DNA of 62,362 bases, filler included, from an uncultured Myxococcia bacterium (lineage in GTDB: Bacteria; CAZTWC01): the NCBI GenBank assembly GCA_964617105.1. It is 7 parts of 7 records of this genome, joined end to end, with 100 filler letters (N's around TTAATTAATTAA, not from the genome) between each part and the next. Parts side by side here need not be neighbours in the genome. Positions count along the whole stretch, not along the records: positions 53,881 to 62,362 come from CAZTWC010000154.1; 6 more parts are not named here. One strand, written 5' to 3'. The translations under genes and the position numbers were made by a program. Position 1 is the first letter of the stretch. The number at the start of each line of letters is the position of its first letter. Under the pieces are notes generated by a model. The model made no database searches. It saw nothing but the letters and a program-made list of their open reading frames with translations, and was not told the origin of the DNA. Shown piece by piece: positions 60,531 to 62,362 of the stretch.

Positions 60531-61703
60531 ATGGCTGAGATCCCCCGCCATATTTTTGCTAATACCCTGAAGGAACTTTTATTACCCATTGGCCAATATT
60601 TATCTGACGACGCCATCTCTGAGGTGATGATCAATGGCGAACAAGAGATTTATATAGAGAGAGGCGGAAAACTAGAAATTACAGACAGTAAATTCGACAA
60701 TCCAGATCAACTGATGGCGGCAGTAAAAAATATTGCCCAATATGTGGGAAAAACCATTAAACCGGAGCAGCCCCGGATGGATGCCAGGCTGCCCGATGGT
60801 TCAAGAGTTCATGTGGTTATCCCCCCTTGTTCCCGTAAAGGCATTTACATGGCTATTCGGAAGTTTTCCAAAGAGAAGTTGACTATTGAAAAACTGTTGG
60901 ATTATGGATCTATTAGTAAAAAAGGGGCCATTTTTTTAGACCAGGTGGTAAAACTAAAAAAAAATATCATTGTATCGGGCGGCACAGGTTCAGGTAAAAC
61001 CTCCCTGCTAAATGTGATTTCATCGATGATTCCGGCCAGGGAGAGAATTATTGTTATTGAAGATACAACCGAGTTGCAATTGGTTCAACCCCATGTGATC
61101 AATATGGAGACTCAGCCTGGAGACCCAAAGGGGCGCGGCAAAGTAACTATCCGCCATCTTTTTCAATCAGCCATGAGGTTGAGGCCCGACAGGATAGTGA
61201 TTGGCGAGATTCGGGGCGGAGAGGCTCTGGATGTGATTCAGGCGATGACTTCTGGACACGGAGGGTCCATGTCTACCACCCATGCCACCTATCCTACCGA
61301 CACTTTGCATCGTTTGGAAACCATGGCTCTGATGTCAGAGGTGGAGTTGCCCCATTACGCTTTAAAAACTCAGATTGCCTCGGCCATAGAGATTATTATC
61401 CAAACCTCCAGATTCAATGATGGCTCCCGTAAGATAACTCACATTTCAGAAGTATTGGGTCTAGATGAAAACCACAACTATATGATGGAAGATATTTTTC
61501 AGTTTAAAAGCAGTGGTAACGATCAAAGTGGAGATATCAAAGGTGAACTGGAGCCCACCGGATATATTCCATCTTTTGTAAAAGAGGTTACCAATATTGG
61601 GTATCCAGTGTTTATGACTATCTTTAAACCTGGAAAAGAGCATGATATTGAAACCGATAGAATTTTTAACAATCTATTTTGTCGCCAGGTAGGTCTACAA
61701 TGA
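60531..61703 (+). CDS. cpaF: Second CpaF/TadA ATPase (no FHA)
   Basis: [50 protein letters not shown]. Confidence 0.92.
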   Translation: MAEIPRHIFANTLKELLLPIGQYLSDDAISEVMINGEQEIYIERGGKLEITDSKFDNPDQLMAAVKNIAQYVGKTIKPEQPRMDARLPDGSRVHVVIPPCSRKGIYMAIRKFSKEKLTIEKLLDYGSISKKGAIFLDQVVKLKKNIIVSGGTGSGKTSLLNVISSMIPARERIIVIEDTTELQLVQPHVINMETQPGDPKGRGKVTIRHLFQSAMRLRPDRIVIGEIRGGEALDVIQAMTSGHGGSMSTTHATYPTDTLHRLETMALMSEVELPHYALKTQIASAIEIIIQTSRFNDGSRKITHISEVLGLDENHNYMMEDIFQFKSSGNDQSGDIKGELEPTGYIPSFVKEVTNIGYPVFMTIFKPGKEHDIETDRIFNNLFCRQVGLQ

Positions 61704-62362
61704 CAAAATTTGGCAAATATATATTACACGAAAAGATTGCCAGTGGTGGGATGGCTGAGATCTTTCGAGCATCTTTTGTGGGAGATATGGGTTTTGAAAA
61801 AACCTGCACCATAAAAAAGATTTTACCCCATCTCTCTGAGGATGAATCTTTTGTTAATATGTTCATTGATGAAGCCAGGTTGGTTTCCCGATTGAGTCAC
61901 AACAATATTGTTCAAGTGCACGATTTTGGCAAAATAGAAAACTCCTATTACATCACTATGAGTTATTTAGATGGCAAGGATCTGCGCAAAGTGGTGCAAA
62001 GAGCAGAACAATTACAAGGTCAAATTCCTCATCAATTGTGTGCCTTTTTAATAACTGAAGTGTTAAAAGGCCTAAATTATGCCCATGAAATTATCGAAAA
62101 GAATAAGAACCTGGGGATAATCCACCGGGATATCAGTCCCCCTAATATCCTGATCTCTTATCAGGGAGAGGTAAAGATTACCGATTTTGGCATAGCCAAG
62201 GCTGCTTCCAATATCTCCTTGACAGTTGCCGGGATGTTAAAGGGCAAGAGTGGATATATGTCTCCTGAGCAGGCCCGTGGAGATGACCTGGACAGCAGAT
62301 CGGATCTTTTTGCAGCCGGAATTGTTTTGTGGGAGATGTTAACTGGCCAAAAACTGTTTAAA
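61700..62362 (+). CDS. Hanks-type Ser/Thr protein kinase, 3' truncated; absent from the ORF track
   Basis: Manual translation: FGKY..IASGGMAEIFRA, IKKILP, FIDEARL, HRDISPPNIL, DFGIAKA, GYMSPEQ, SDLFAAGIVLWEMLTG. ATGA overlap with the cpaF stop. Confidence 0.95.
   Translation, partial: MTKFGKYILHEKIASGGMAEIFRASFVGDMGFEKTCTIKKILPHLSEDESFVNMFIDEARLVSRLSHNNIVQVHDFGKIENSYYITMSYLDGKDLRKVVQRAEQLQGQIPHQLCAFLITEVLKGLNYAHEIIEKNKNLGIIHRDISPPNILISYQGEVKITDFGIAKAASNISLTVAGMLKGKSGYMSPEQARGDDLDSRSDLFAAGIVLWEMLTGQKLFK

Overview
This window is not one continuous locus. It is seven contigs of about 8.5-9.2 kb from a draft or metagenome-assembled genome, sorted by length and joined by 100-nt N/TTAATTAATTAA linkers, so gene adjacency across the linkers carries no meaning. 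Gene content is deltaproteobacterial/Myxococcota-like at moderate GC. Contig 1 (1-9174): hypE, two paralogous giant lipoproteins (6 ASH/choice-of-anchor-D Ig repeats plus a VWA domain), an atypical TrxB-fold flavoprotein and a LeuD-type subunit. Contig 2 (9275-18219): a mobile element with a Com-like zinc ribbon, a sigma-like regulator and an APSE-type replication module (DUF2800 nuclease, DUF2815 SSB, PolA, VRR-NUC, SNF2), with many short tandem repeats. Contig 3: miaB, cheV, a truncated MutS-type ATPase, an MshEN/T2SSE_N-FlhG fusion, fliA and flhG. Contig 4: Tad pseudopilins, a CBM9-like protein, a GT-C-like membrane protein and a TIGR01212-type radical SAM. Contig 5: a TonB receptor / periplasmic binder / histidine kinase / KaiB / receiver / thioredoxin string running into hslVU. 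Contig 6: a TRAP transporter, LysM, GT2, PEGA, a Cys-rich lipoprotein, tig and clpP. Contig 7: a Kil-like Tad machine with two CpaF ATPases, FHA domains and a coupled Ser/Thr kinase. The best candidate for an undescribed system is a Com-type translational switch (zinc ribbon, tandem GAG-NN-CC boxes and a hairpin burying the RBS and AUG) that gates a sigma-like factor at the head of the replication module. Other strong leads are the orphan-KaiB signalling operon, the kinase-coupled double-ATPase Tad system and a ~45-bp intergenic element shared by two contigs. All calls come from reading motifs by eye; no searches were run.
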